From assembly GCF_000143415.4 (NCBI RefSeq), contig NW_003314278.1, forward strand, positions 1,432,831 through 1,496,830: a DNA stretch of 64,000 bases. The letters are read 5' to 3'. Below are positions 12,443 through 24,487 of the stretch, piece after piece. Numbering within the stretch: position 1 is the stretch's first letter; each line of letters begins with the position of its first letter. Below the pieces are notes generated by a model. That model saw only the letters and a list, made by a program, of their open reading frames with translations. It was not told where the DNA came from and made no database searches. The translations under genes were made by a program, and so were the position numbers. Origin of the DNA: Selaginella moellendorffii (Eukaryota; Plantae; Lycopodiophyta).

Positions 12443-12491
12443 GCCGGCCTAGCTCAGTTGGTAGAGCGCAAGGCTCTTCCCACGGCCGGCG
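12443..12491 (+). pseudogene. tRNA-Lys(CTT) with internal deletion
   Basis: GCCGGCCTAGCTCAGTTGGTAGAGCGCAAGGCTCTT is joined directly to CCCACGGCCGGCG; ~24 nt including the B-box are missing. Confidence 0.8.
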
Positions 12492-12562
12492 CAAAATCGC
12501 AATTTTACCTTTAACCTTTAATGTTAACATTCCATCGATGAATTCATGGATGAAGATCGTTC

Positions 12563-13807
12563 ATGGCTGATTTTTTCCGGAGCCCAGAGTTTAGGCGGTG
12601 CTCGCAGCTCATCCGTTCGTGCCGAAGCCTGGCCGACGCGAGGAGACTCCACGAACAGGTAACCGGAGGGATCCAGCAGCGCTGCAAGAGCAGATTTCTT
12701 GCAAATCTCATCGTCGAGATGTATGGGCGATGCGGCAGCGCTGGCGACGCGCGGAGTGTCTACGATTCCATCGAGAAGCCAAACTTGTTCTCGACTCACA
12801 TCATGATCCACGCGTATGCCCAGAACGGGCATATGGATCTCGCCCGCCACCTCTTCCTCCAAATGCCCGCCCGGAACGATGTCTCGTGGAACACCATCGT
12901 CGCCGCAAGCGTTATCAACGGGCTTCTCTCGGAAGCGCGAACTATCCTGGACAAGATGCCCGAGCTCGGCCATGTTCCGTGCACTGCGGTGATGCGAGGT
13001 TTCGCCCAGGCGCTGGAGCTCGACCGAGCGATGGAAATCTTCCACCAGATGCTGCACCGCGACTTGGTGTCCTGGACGGTGCTGCTCGATGGCTACACCC
13101 AGACCGGGAATGTCAAGAAAGCCGTGGAGATCTTCGAGAGAATGCCCGAGAGAGATAGCATCTGCTGGACAGTCCTGTGCCAGGCCTATGCCGTCCTCGG
13201 CGATCTCATCCACGCCGAGGAACTCTTCCACCAAATACCCGAGAAGACACTGGTGTCCTGGACTGCGATCATCTACGCTTATGCCCAGAATGGGCATCCG
13301 ATGGAAGCTCTAGAGCTCTTCTGGGGCATGGATCTCGAGGGTGTGGAACCCGACGAGATTACTTTCATTGGAGTCCTCACCGCTTGCAGCCATGCCGGGC
13401 GCGTAGAGCAAGCATGGGACTACTTCAACTCGTTGCCTGATGATCGCGGCCTTGCGCAGCTACCGGAGCACTACCACTGTGTGATCGACGCGCTGGGACG
13501 ATCCGGACAGCTTAGCGAGGCCCAAAAGTTTGTGAGGGAGCTCCCGCGCAAGGAACTGGCCGTGGCGTGGACATCGCTGCTGGATGCCTGCAGGGTCCAT
13601 GGCGATGTGGAGCGAGGGGCCGTGGCCGCCAAGCAGCTCATCGACATGGAACAGGATCCCGAGGCCCGGAAAACAGCGCCTTATCTTTTGCTGTCCAACA
13701 TCTATGCTGCTGCTCAGAGGCCTGAGGATGTGATCCGGATCCGGCAAGCCATGAAGGCTGATTGTCTGAGGAGCAATAGAACTGGGCTTAGTCGATTGGA
13801 ACATTGA
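12563..13807 (+). CDS. PLS-E class PPR protein (414 aa, intronless), probable organellar RNA-editing factor
   Basis: Tandem P/L/S repeats; PDEITFIGVLTACSHAG, HYHCVIDALGRSG, AWTSLLDACRVHGD, PYLLLSNIYA; no DYW. Confidence 0.92.
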   Translation: MADFFRSPEFRRCSQLIRSCRSLADARRLHEQVTGGIQQRCKSRFLANLIVEMYGRCGSAGDARSVYDSIEKPNLFSTHIMIHAYAQNGHMDLARHLFLQMPARNDVSWNTIVAASVINGLLSEARTILDKMPELGHVPCTAVMRGFAQALELDRAMEIFHQMLHRDLVSWTVLLDGYTQTGNVKKAVEIFERMPERDSICWTVLCQAYAVLGDLIHAEELFHQIPEKTLVSWTAIIYAYAQNGHPMEALELFWGMDLEGVEPDEITFIGVLTACSHAGRVEQAWDYFNSLPDDRGLAQLPEHYHCVIDALGRSGQLSEAQKFVRELPRKELAVAWTSLLDACRVHGDVERGAVAAKQLIDMEQDPEARKTAPYLLLSNIYAAAQRPEDVIRIRQAMKADCLRSNRTGLSRLEH

Positions 13808-13899
13808 AGATTTACATATTCTTGGCTAGATGCCATGTCTTGAAGCTGTTATTGGACAAGCTTATGACCAGGAAAGCAGAAGGAAGATTTTAAAGCGAA

Positions 13900-15130
13900 C
13901 TTTTGATTTTTTTTAAAAAAAAGTTTAACCTTTAAATTCTTCTATTAGATGCCTAAATTAGCTATTTATAGTCAAGGGTAAAAGTCTTTATATTAGATCT
14001 ATTCTTATCAAAATAGTGTCACCCTAACTTCACAAAATATTCTAGAATATTTTAGAAGCATATTAATTTATATTAATATATATTTTGTATTAATTGTTTA
14101 TTTAAATAAAAACTAAAATTATAAAATATTTTATAATATTTTAAGATATAATATTGAGGTTTAATATTAAAAAACTTAATTAAAGTGTGCTCATGTTTAT
14201 ACCATCCTTGAAATGATCATAGTTTCCAATCATACCATCCTATAATTTCATATTTTGCAAAACCTTCAAATACTATAATTTCATAATCTTCCCAATTAAT
14301 TGTAAAATTTATATCTTCTAATAAGATTTGGATTATTTATAAGTTTAAATTTGTTAGAAGACATAAAAATAAATATATTAAGATCTCCACCATGTTTAAA
14401 TCTAAAATACATTTCATAAGTACATCATATTAATCAGAATTACAATTAAATTTTAGATTATAACAATAATATAAATAAATTAGTACAAGAGAAATTACAA
14501 GAGAAAATTTCTTATAAAACATTTTAGAATATTACAAATTTTAATGTAAAAATTAATCACTACATCTATCATAGTGTAATTGAAAGCTTATATTGTGAGG
14601 TTCAATATGCACATTTTTGTATTCTATTTTCAAATTCCATGCACTCACAATATTAAATTTATAAAATCTTATAGCTATCTTATTTTATATCTACATAAAT
14701 GGAGGTAATAAAAGCTCTTCAACCCTTTATTGGAGCTAATTTATTACAAAATTTTCTTTTTCCAACTATCATATACAAAAGTCTAATAAAACAGTCAATC
14801 ATAAAAATGGCTAACAAAACATTGGCAATATAAAAAAACAATTTTCTAATATATTAACTTTATAAGAAAAATTTAGCCATCATTAATTTTTTCTTACCCT
14901 ACCACACTTTAATGTAAAAGCAAGGTGGATTAATGAGGGCTTTCAAATGGTATGACTCCCAACACCATCAAAGCTGCCTCAGGGCTTTTACAGATACTTG
15001 TTTTCAACCAATTAACTTTTCATGTTCCTAACCACTTCACATGTTCTAATCAAGTGTCCTTTGTTATTTTGGCTTGATGTTAATGAAAAGATGCTTCCAT
15101 TGTGCAAAGTTTTAAGAGGGAGACTAGAAT
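13900..15130 (-). mobile_element. Very degraded AT-rich retroelement relic
   Basis: AT-rich, no ORF, only faint integrase/chromodomain-like traces. Confidence 0.3.
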
Positions 15131-15134
15131 GACT

Positions 15135-15515
15135 TCATGGCTGATTGCCCAGAGTTTAGGTGTGCTCACAGCTCATCTGGTTGTGTTAGAGCTTGGTCAC
15201 AATTCCATTGAGAAACCAAACTTGTTCTCGACTCACATGTGATCCACACGTATGTCCAGACTGGGCATATGGATCTTGCATGCTACCTCTTCCTCCAAAT
15301 GCCCAGCCAGAATGATGTCTCATGGAATACTATTACCACCACAAGCATTACACAATATATCTTGGACAAGATGCATGAGGGTCCCATGCACTGCGGTGAT
15401 GCAAGGTTTGCCCAGGCATTGGAGCTTGACCAAGTGATGGAAATCTTCCACCAGATGCCACACTAAGACTTCTCAATGGGCTACACCCAATCCAAATGTC
15501 AAGAAAGCCATCTAA
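15135..15515 (+). pseudogene. Degenerate copy of the 5' half of the PPR gene at 12563
   Basis: tcatggctgatt..cccagagtttagg, gagaaaccaaacttgttctcgactcaca, gaaatcttccaccagatg are shared; many C>T/G>A changes and deletions. Confidence 0.85.
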
Positions 15516-16086
15516 GAGTGGCAGAGGTGTTGTAATTTTGGGTAAGCATTCCTTGCTCCACCTTATGTTCCAATTGCCTCTTTTGTAGCAGATGCTATAG
15601 CCATACCACAAGCAATTATAGGTTGTTTATTGCTACTCAAACTATAAATCCATACATTCTGAAACACTATCTTGTTTTAGATTTCTTAATGTCTTTATTA
15701 GCCTTGGGAGAATATTAATACTAGCTTCCTAAATGGCTTATTTTATATTTCTTTAGGTAACTCCTGAGGCCTCATGTCACCACATAAGATGTATTGACTA
15801 GTGTATGAGTTGTGTATTTCAAGCTTGCATCAAAGTACTCATCACAATTTCCTTCTTAAAATATTTATCTGTAAACAAGGATATCAACTATGAATGCTGT
15901 GTATGTGGATGATTTCATCATTGGAGCAAAAGGAAAGTTTTCAAAAGAAGTTAAATCAGTTTAAAATGACAGTAGGATACATGAAAATGAAAATAAAATT
16001 ACATTTAAAAATGTTTAATTACATTACATTTTTGGGGTTTAATTTACTTCTATTTCAAAAGAGCTCAACTATGTTAAAAGTGCTCT

Positions 16087-16124
<38 letters not shown>

Positions 16125-16138
16125 CACAGACATGTGTA

Positions 16139-16206
<68 letters not shown>

Positions 16207-16278
16207 CATATATACATATATATATATATACATACACATATGTATATACATATACACATGTATATACATATACACATG

Positions 16279-16362
<84 letters not shown>

Positions 16363-16378
16363 TATAATGTGTGTGTAT
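16087..16378. repeat. Compound (CA)n/(TA)n microsatellite
   Basis: Seen directly. Confidence 0.95.
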
Positions 16379-18203
16379 TTAAATAAAACATAATTTATAA
16401 AAATTTAAAAGTAAATATAAAAATATAATGCTAATAGAATCTATTAGCAAATAAATTTAAACTGTAAAAGTTTAATTTTTAATAGAATAATATAAAAATA
16501 AATAAAAAGATAATTTTACTATTTAAAAGAGTGAGAATCTGTAAAGATACTATGCCACCACAAGCATTTAAAAGTTTAAATGATCAAATGATGTTACAAA
16601 ATAAGAAATTTTACTAATTAATTTATTAAAGTATATATACTTAATGTTTTACTATTTTTAACATATATAAATAATTATAAAGACTTTATTTTATTGCTAG
16701 CAAAAAGTTCATCTGGCCAGGTGTTGTTTCAAAGAAACTCTCAACATTCAATCAAATCAAAGTAATATAGCCATATATAAAATATTCATATACAAATTAA
16801 AATATATTATTTAATAAATTTTTTAATATTGTAATTATAATATGAATTAGATATTTTGTAACATAAGAAATGCTTAAGTAATAAAAGTTTTGTAGGAGTA
16901 CTATGACAAAATATAATTTTTTTATTGATAATTTTTCTGAATATATGGTTTGTTAGAGCAAATGCTAAAACATTGATTCAGATATTTATGGCAGATAAAT
17001 ATATATTTCTTTTTTAAATTATTTTTTCTAAAGTAAAATTTACTTTTAATTTTTAATATTTATGTGTTAATTTTTAGTTATATACTATTAGATTATAAAA
17101 TTTACAATTTATGCTATAATTCAAAATAAATATAAAAATACGTTCCAAGGCTTATTTTTACCGATCAAAAATAGTTTTGTACTACTCCGAGCAATCCGAA
17201 GAAAAAGATCAATAGTAAAAGATAATTATTTTGCATATCCATCTTTATTAAATGCCACTTTTATTTATAACATTAATGAATATTATACATAACTTAGAAA
17301 TAATGTTAAATTATATATATATTAAAAAATATATTATGGTGCCTGAGGGTGGATTCCTTTGAGGTTGCAACTCACTCCTTTGATGGAACGGTCAATTTGT
17401 GGGAGTTTAATGATAATACACATGACTATGTTATAAATAAATTTCAAGCTAGATTGCAATATTTAATTATTGAGATTAATTAAATTTTATTTATTTGTAT
17501 TGTTGAAAAAGTAATTACTTTAAGAATAGAAAATAATCTTACTCTACATCTAAATTTATGCATACCAAAACTTTATTAGTAAACATTAATGCAAAAAGTA
17601 CATATGAATTGTACATTAGGCTTAGATTAATTAAATGTAATGATAATAGTAAAGAAATATCGATATTCCAACAAATATTTTGCATTTTCCAAAAATTTAA
17701 TATATTTATGTAATTTAATATATATGATCATTTTAAGTTTACTAAGTTATATTAAGTTATTACTAAATTATACTAAGTTTAGTTTTAATGTATTTACATT
17801 TTTGTTAATTTTTATAAAGGTATTCTGAGATTATATAATATATATTTATTAATTAGACTACCTGATTTATTATCTTTTCTTTTTTTCCATAAACTAATGT
17901 GATATTTTTTTACTAAGTCCACATATACATAAAAATTAGAAATTCACTGTCAACTAAGCAATGTACAAAGAGAATCTAATATTTAACATGGTTTCTTAAC
18001 CTTATGGTGACCTCTTTACACTCACGTGCACCTACCGAGCTCACCAAGCCTTCATGCATGGCTGCGCAAAAAAATATCTATCTTATTCTGGCAGTGGAAT
18101 CCCACAAGAAAATCACCACTTGGAAACAACGCTCTTGGTGTGTTCTGTCGCTCTTTTTGCTTTCCATGAAATTCCAATCTTACAGTCTGGAAAGAAGAAA
18201 GAA

Positions 18204-19648
18204 TCACGCGGCAGCGCCGTTGCACGCACCGTTCACCGCCCGCGACGGACGCTCCACCGCCGCCGCCGCCACCTCCCCGAGCTCCTCGTCTGTGTCGCAC
18301 GGCACGGTCTTGGACACCGGCGTCATGTCCATGGGATAGCTCCCGAGCACCCGGAGGAAGCTCGCAAACTCCTGGAGTTGGCCCAGCGCGTTCTGTGCCC
18401 GCGGATCCGCCATGGACGCCTCGAGATCGATGTAGAAGAGATACTCAAAGTACTTGGCGGTGCCGTGGTTGCTATCGTCCACCACGCGCAGCGGCCGCTT
18501 CCTCTGCGGCCGGCTCTCGATCTTGGTGAGGTTGATGCCGCGCAGCGCAAACGCGGACAGCGCCTTGAACAGCGAGCCGGCGGACTCCTCCTCGAGCCCA
18601 AACACGACGCTCGTCTTGAACGGGCGGTCCGTCCGCGGTATGATGGGCTCGCGCGCCAGCATGAGGAACCGCGTCATGTTGCCCTCCTCGTCCTGGATGT
18701 CCTCCTCGAGCACGTCCAGCCCGTACAGCTCGGCGGCGCGGGAGGAGGCCACCGCCCCGGTGTCGCGCATCGCCAGCGGGTTCTGGGCGATGAGCTGCGC
18801 GGCACCGGCGGTATCCTCCACGGACTCCCGCGCCACGCCCAGCCGGGTAAGCGTGTTCTCGCACTGAGCCAGCGCCTGGGGGTGGCTGATCACGCGGTGG
18901 AGCTCCTCCTTCCGTACGCCCGGTACCGCCAGCAGGCAGTGGTGTACCGCCAGCTGCACCTCCCCCACGATGTGCAGCCGGTGACGCAGCAGGAGGTCGT
19001 AGTTCCGGTGGATGCTACCGCCCAAGGAGTTCTCAATGGGCAGTACCGCGCGGTCCGCGATCCAGAGCTCCACGGCCTGGAACGCCGCCTCGAATTGCTC
19101 GCAGGGGACGGGGTCGCAGCCCGGGTAGGCCTTGGATGCCGCGGACTCGCTGTACGCCCCCGGGACGCCCTGGTACGCGACGCGCAGCTGGGAGCCGTGC
19201 GCCGGCGGCATGGCTAGATCCTGGATGGACAGCGGCCGCGGGAGCGTGACCAGATCCTTGAACGTCTCGCGGAATGCGGATCCGCGCCGCGCGTCCTGGA
19301 TGGTGATGAGGAGGAGGAGGAGGGGGTGCTGCTGGGCGTGGCCGATTTGCGGCTGTGCCCACTGTCAGTGCTGCCATTGCTGCTCGATTCCTTCTCGATC
19401 TGCGCCGCCCACTGGCTGGACACCACCGCGCAAGCGCTCTGCCATTGCGCGCCCGAGGAGTTGGTGATCGGCTTGGACGAGGCCATACCGTTTGGCGACG
19501 CTGCCGCTGTGACGATGAGGTTCTTCTTCGCCTCGCCAAGGATCGAGGAGCAATTGGAAGGAGAGGAACTCACATTCTCTGGATCCAGCGAGCGCTTGAT
19601 GAACGCGCTCTCGATCGACGACATCCCCAAGGAGGCTCGGGCAGCCAT
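18204..19648 (-). CDS. ADT: Arogenate/prephenate dehydratase, intronless; transit-peptide frame and catalytic frame are offset by 1 nt near 19267
   Basis: [61 protein letters not shown] (ACT domain), LRVLGSYP; N-terminal WQSACA motif in the upstream frame. Confidence 0.92.
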
Positions 19649-19760
19649 GTCTTCGAGCTTAAAGATGCTCCTTGGGTGCTGGAGAATATGCTCCAGATTT
19701 AGGTCTAGAAAGCATTTGCCGCGCTGGCGAGCGAAATGCCGAGCTTTGCCAGTCCGAGCT

Positions 19761-19877
19761 GGTAGGGCTTTATAGCACGACGCGCACAGCTGCCAATGGC
19801 GACACGCCACGTCTGCGTTAGTTGACTGAGAGGTGTGGGGGCATCCGACGGTCACGATGCCTCCTGGAGTAGGTGAG
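19761..19877 (-). promoter_or_regulatory. ADT promoter: TATA-like box and AC/MYB-type elements
   Basis: Minus strand: CTCACCTAC (19869-19877), TCAACTAAC (~19817-19825), CTATAAA (~19769-19775), CCTACC (19761-19766). Confidence 0.4.
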
Positions 19878-20488
19878 CAGCGCGCTGGTCATTCTCAAAC
19901 GTGGCCCATTTCGCTTACGTACATCTCAGTGGCCAGAGATGGTCCAAGACGCGCCAGTACGTCATCTCTGCGTGTGAGAATTGCGACCACTGGGGGGGTA
20001 CTCTCTCTTTTGATGACTAATTCCGGGCAGGAATGTCATCCCTTGGACCATTTCGCCGCGCAATGGAATGGCCACTTGGTGTATTCCAACAAATGCAAAG
20101 GTGATGTGTCTGCGTACGATCGGCGCAAAGAATGGTACAGTGTCAAAAACGTTTATACCATGAGGATTTCTTAATCCGTGCTTCCAGGACGTAGCTATGT
20201 TCAAATCTTGTCTGCTGATGGCGACCACTAGGAAATATGCACAGTCGCAGAATTCAAATACCGTGATTTTTTATTGTCAACTGTTGCGGCAAATGGTTCT
20301 CAGAAATGTGTAAGTAATTGAGGCAACCGGACTTTGTCTCGTCGAACATCAAGATTAATGCAAATGCCTCTGAAGTCCGGGATGCTGAAGATCATCTCTT
20401 GGACAGAGATCGTTGACGCGTAGACAAGGTCAGGGGATCTCTCTTAATAATGCCCGGAAACATGCCCGTACTTCTATTTCTCACGATC

Positions 20489-20600
20489 GCTCGAAAGGAG
20501 GACGTAAGAATCCAATGAGCTCGATGGTCAGAGCTCTTGAATTGACACGAGGCCGGGCAGCGTCGTCCAGGCGATTTCCTGAAGATGAAACGATATCCTG
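20489..20600 (-). pseudogene. Short deleted copy of the PPR E-domain found at 24520-24670
   Basis: gctcgaaaggaggacgtaag, ggtcagag.tcttgaat.gacacgagg and gcagcgtcgtccaggcgat are shared. Confidence 0.75.
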
Positions 20601-22399
20601 TAAATATTTTTAATTCTATGGAGCTAAGGAGCCCATGATGGCGTCAATGCTGGCAGAGCGGCCACGGCAGGGAAGCTGACGCCGATGCGGCAATGCTCAG
20701 CCACGGCATTCGGTCAGGGCGGGATCTCGAGGCAATGCTGATCTAGGGCAGGCGGTAGCGTAATGGCGAGGTGCCGGCTTTCTGGAACGTGTGCTCGTTC
20801 TCGCAGGAGGGAGGCAAGATGTTAAATTCTAGCCAGCGTTTTGCTTCAATCTGATTGCTTGATTTCCTCAGTGTCAAGAAACTTGCTTGTCAACTTTGTA
20901 TGTCTTTTTTTCTTTGTGTAAACTTAAGCTTCTATTGACAGTCAACTCTTTTCTCAAATGCATCAACAATGTTAGAATTGAACCAGGACCAGCACATTAC
21001 AGTGGGACTACGTGTGCACTCACAAAAGAACCAAAGATTAAATACAAACCAAAAGACTGTTATATATTGAAGAGCTGAGAGTTCTAAGAAATTGTTCTAT
21101 TATAAGATAATGAAAATTCTAGAGGAATTATTAAATTATAAAACATCTAACTATCTCAGCAGAGTTGGGATCCTTGCTAATACTCAGACTAAAATGGCTT
21201 GCTTAAGGCACCTCTCCTCATCGGCTGTGAGTTGAGGACAATCACAAAAGAACACCTCTAAATTTACAAGAACACCAAAATTAACAGTAGTCAATCAAGG
21301 TAAATTCTTGAAGATGCTTTCTCAGTATCTTTCTTTTGACATGTAAATTCACTAGGAATACAAGGATGCAAACTAAGTCAGATAAGATAGTCTAAAGTAA
21401 TTATGTCTTGTTTAACACTAACAAACAATTGTGTGATCAAGTAAGTGTGGGTTGGTCCTCTATCAAGTGATAGAATTGTCATGGCAGCATGAATAGAGGG
21501 TGCAAGCAAGCATTACTCAGAAACAACTGGTATAATTTTGGATTGAGGTCCTAAGTGTGACAGCAAGTGTGAAATTTGTGGAAGGTATACAATACATTAC
21601 AAAGTTCTTTCAATTGATATATATATCTTTGTTATAGCATGAAGATTGCACTTAAAGAAAAGATGATTGTTTCCAAGTGGAAATAGATTTCTATGACTGG
21701 GTGTATATCTTGTTCAACATTTCCATGATAGAATTGTACTTTAAAAGTGGAAGATGACCATGGGATGCCAATACCATTGATTTATAGTTAAAAAGTAAAT
21801 TCATAAAAGTTTTGTAACATCCTTTATAAATCTGGCAACATACTTTAAAGAGAACTCCAAAATGTAATATAAATTTATAAAGATGTATTATGTTATTCCC
21901 TTTGTCTTTCTCTAAAAACTCTCTTTCTTCTTGGGTATGTAATTTTTGTCATTTATCTTCTTAGAATTTTTACCACTCAAAGCCCTAAATGATGATTGCC
22001 AAAGATGCAAAGAAGTGATTGTTATTGGTTAAAATTAACTCATAAGTCTTAGTTTCACTACTTACTTAATTCTGCTCTATCAAAGGGATAAAGTTTGAGG
22101 AATTGCCAAACTTGTCCCTCGTATTTGTGAATTATTTTATCAAATCACAATCTCTCTCAAAAACATATATAAACTCTTGGATTTGGACTTCCAAGAAGTC
22201 ATTCAGTGTAGTATTATTTAAATTCAAGGATGCTTAATTTTAAATATCCTAATATTATACTTTTGTTCATAGGCCTTTTCCCTTTATATTTAAACTTGGT
22301 TAGATCATTTTTTGAGTCGTTCTTTTTGGTTTCATAGAAGATTCTTACAATACTTTTATGCTATTTAAACAAACCTTTTTACTAAGTTTATTATTTAAA

Positions 22400-23400
22400 A
22401 GAAGTATAGTGGAAAGTAGAAATCAATATAAATGCAAAGACCTCTTAAGGATGTAAGAAGTATTGACGCAAACTATAAGATTATTCTAAGAATATTTTAT
22501 GGCTTATGGGATTTAAGGCAAAAATAAAGTTGGTCTAAACATGTTCTTTTTGGGGATGGTGGAGGAGTGGGATATAAATTTTGATGAGGAATATGGTGTT
22601 AGTGATGATAGCCATAATAAGAAGGACAAAACTCTTAATGATGTTGTCGTGCAACAAAAATGCCAGATTACTAAGGTTCAAAGTGATATTAAAGAAGTTA
22701 AGGATTCCATCAATCTCATTAAAGATTTCATATTTCACAAATGGTTGAATTAATCTTGTGTCTATGATTATCATTGGTGTGTTAAAAAGTGTTGAAAATT
22801 ATTATAAACAAACTTAGTAGAAGGAAAAAGATTTCAAGCATGCTAAGAATTATAATATCATCAAATGGAAGTCATCACCAAATGTTTATGATAACTAAAA
22901 GGTTGATTGTTGGTTGGAATTATGAAAAAGTTGTTAGTCTTTTAACCCTTTTAAGGATAAAGTGAAAATTGATCTTTTTGTGATGAAGATTTTCCAAAGT
23001 TGATCTAAAGTTATTCATGGGAAGGTTAGATATTGGCATGATAAAGATTAGTATTGTTGAGAAGGTGTGGTTGTCCTCTTGAAACTGAAATATTACAGGA
23101 TTTTATTTTGAAAGTTATTATGTTAACCCCTATTAGGTGTTAAAGCAAAGTGGTGATATATCTTAAGATTTTCCTTTGGAGATGTCAAGTGTCCATAATG
23201 TATTTTCTGCCAAATTATTACTACTATACTCTATAAATGTTGCATGCTAAGAGAAGATTCATCTAGTTGTAGACAATGAATCTGAATATGAAGTTAAATC
23301 TATCTTAGATTCTTGATTTCATCAAAGGGCTCATATAAAGCTATATCTCATTAATGCTATAGAAGGGTATAATAGGGATAATGGTTGGAACCATTGTTAT
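22400..23400 (+). mobile_element. Degenerate chromovirus-type Ty3/gypsy relic
   Basis: Chromodomain-like VDNESEYEVKSILDS at ~23270-23315; otherwise full of stops. Confidence 0.45.
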
Positions 23401-24487
23401 TCTTTTTTGCTATATTTAGCTTTAGCCTAAGCCTAATCTTATATTATTTGCTAAAATTATGCCAAACTTTGTTTGACATTGCAAGGGTTAAATATAAAGA
23501 GTTGATGCAATTCAAATGTAAGAAAGCTGTGGATTTTGGAAATTTAGTAAAACTTAACAAGTCAGGACTAAAGTTAATGATAGAGAGGCCTTTACATATA
23601 TTATGGAGATATATAGACCATTTTCAGGAGCAATGTCTTTGTTTTATGTTTGCCCTCATGCTCAGTTTCAAAAAACAAGAACATTTAGCTAAGTAACTTA
23701 TCTTCTTTTCATTATAATGGCTTTATCTTTTATCACATTTTAAGTGACTAGTGCCAATGCAAACTTTATTGACTAAAAGTTTACTTTCTCGTAACACACA
23801 TGAATTTGGAGTTAAACTCCAAAACTTTTGCATTATGGATAGAAATAAAGCCAGCTTTGTCAAGTGGTCAACCTCAGCAAAGGCCAAGTCAAGCTCATGA
23901 GGTGGTGTGAGCATTCCTTCCCCCAGAAACAGAGCCCTAGCATTCCTCTGTGTGCATCATCAGTAACTTTGGAAACTTCTGCCTGTGAATATTTTGTCCC
24001 AGACGAGGATGAGCAATGCCCTCTGCCACCCTTTGCATTTGATCACTGGGATGTATGTGACCCTGGCAATGAATTTGACGTGCATTGTGGTAGCAAAGCC
24101 TTGCGAATACAATGTGAGCAGCAGCAGCAGACGAAATGCCATCACCACTGACAACACAGCCTGTGTATAAATTGTTACCCTGGATGCTTTTGAATTGTAC
24201 CAGTTATGCACACCAATTAGATCCTCCTCTGTGACTCCAAAGCTCTTAACGGTAGCACTAACCTGATCTACAAGTTTATATTCGTAGTCAAGCGGCTGAA
24301 GGCTTCTCCCTCTCGAAAACGCAATCCCCTTGAAATGCCGCTCATTGTCCCGCTTGTCTGTGTTTGACGGAATAACAGGTGATCCAGTATGATGGAAAAT
24401 TTCGTGACAGCCTTAGATCGAAGAGGCAGCCTTCAAAGAGCAAACCTTTAGACTTCTAAGTCAACCAGCTGTGAGTTAACGGTGGTC

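Noticed and set aside
15894-16391. YIYI/HTHT ORFs (also 57116-57307) and X-filled ORFs at 57982-58498
   Set aside because: Microsatellite and N-gap artefacts
18054-19217. 387-aa plus-strand ORF
   Set aside because: Antisense shadow of the GC-rich ADT gene
4974-19648. Laccase plus ADT as a phenylpropanoid/lignin gene cluster
   Set aside because: Only two pathway-related genes, 11 kb apart with unrelated genes between; proximity is expected in such a compact genome
23860-24480. Possible small gene fragment
   Set aside because: Coding-like composition but no recognisable motif or complete structure
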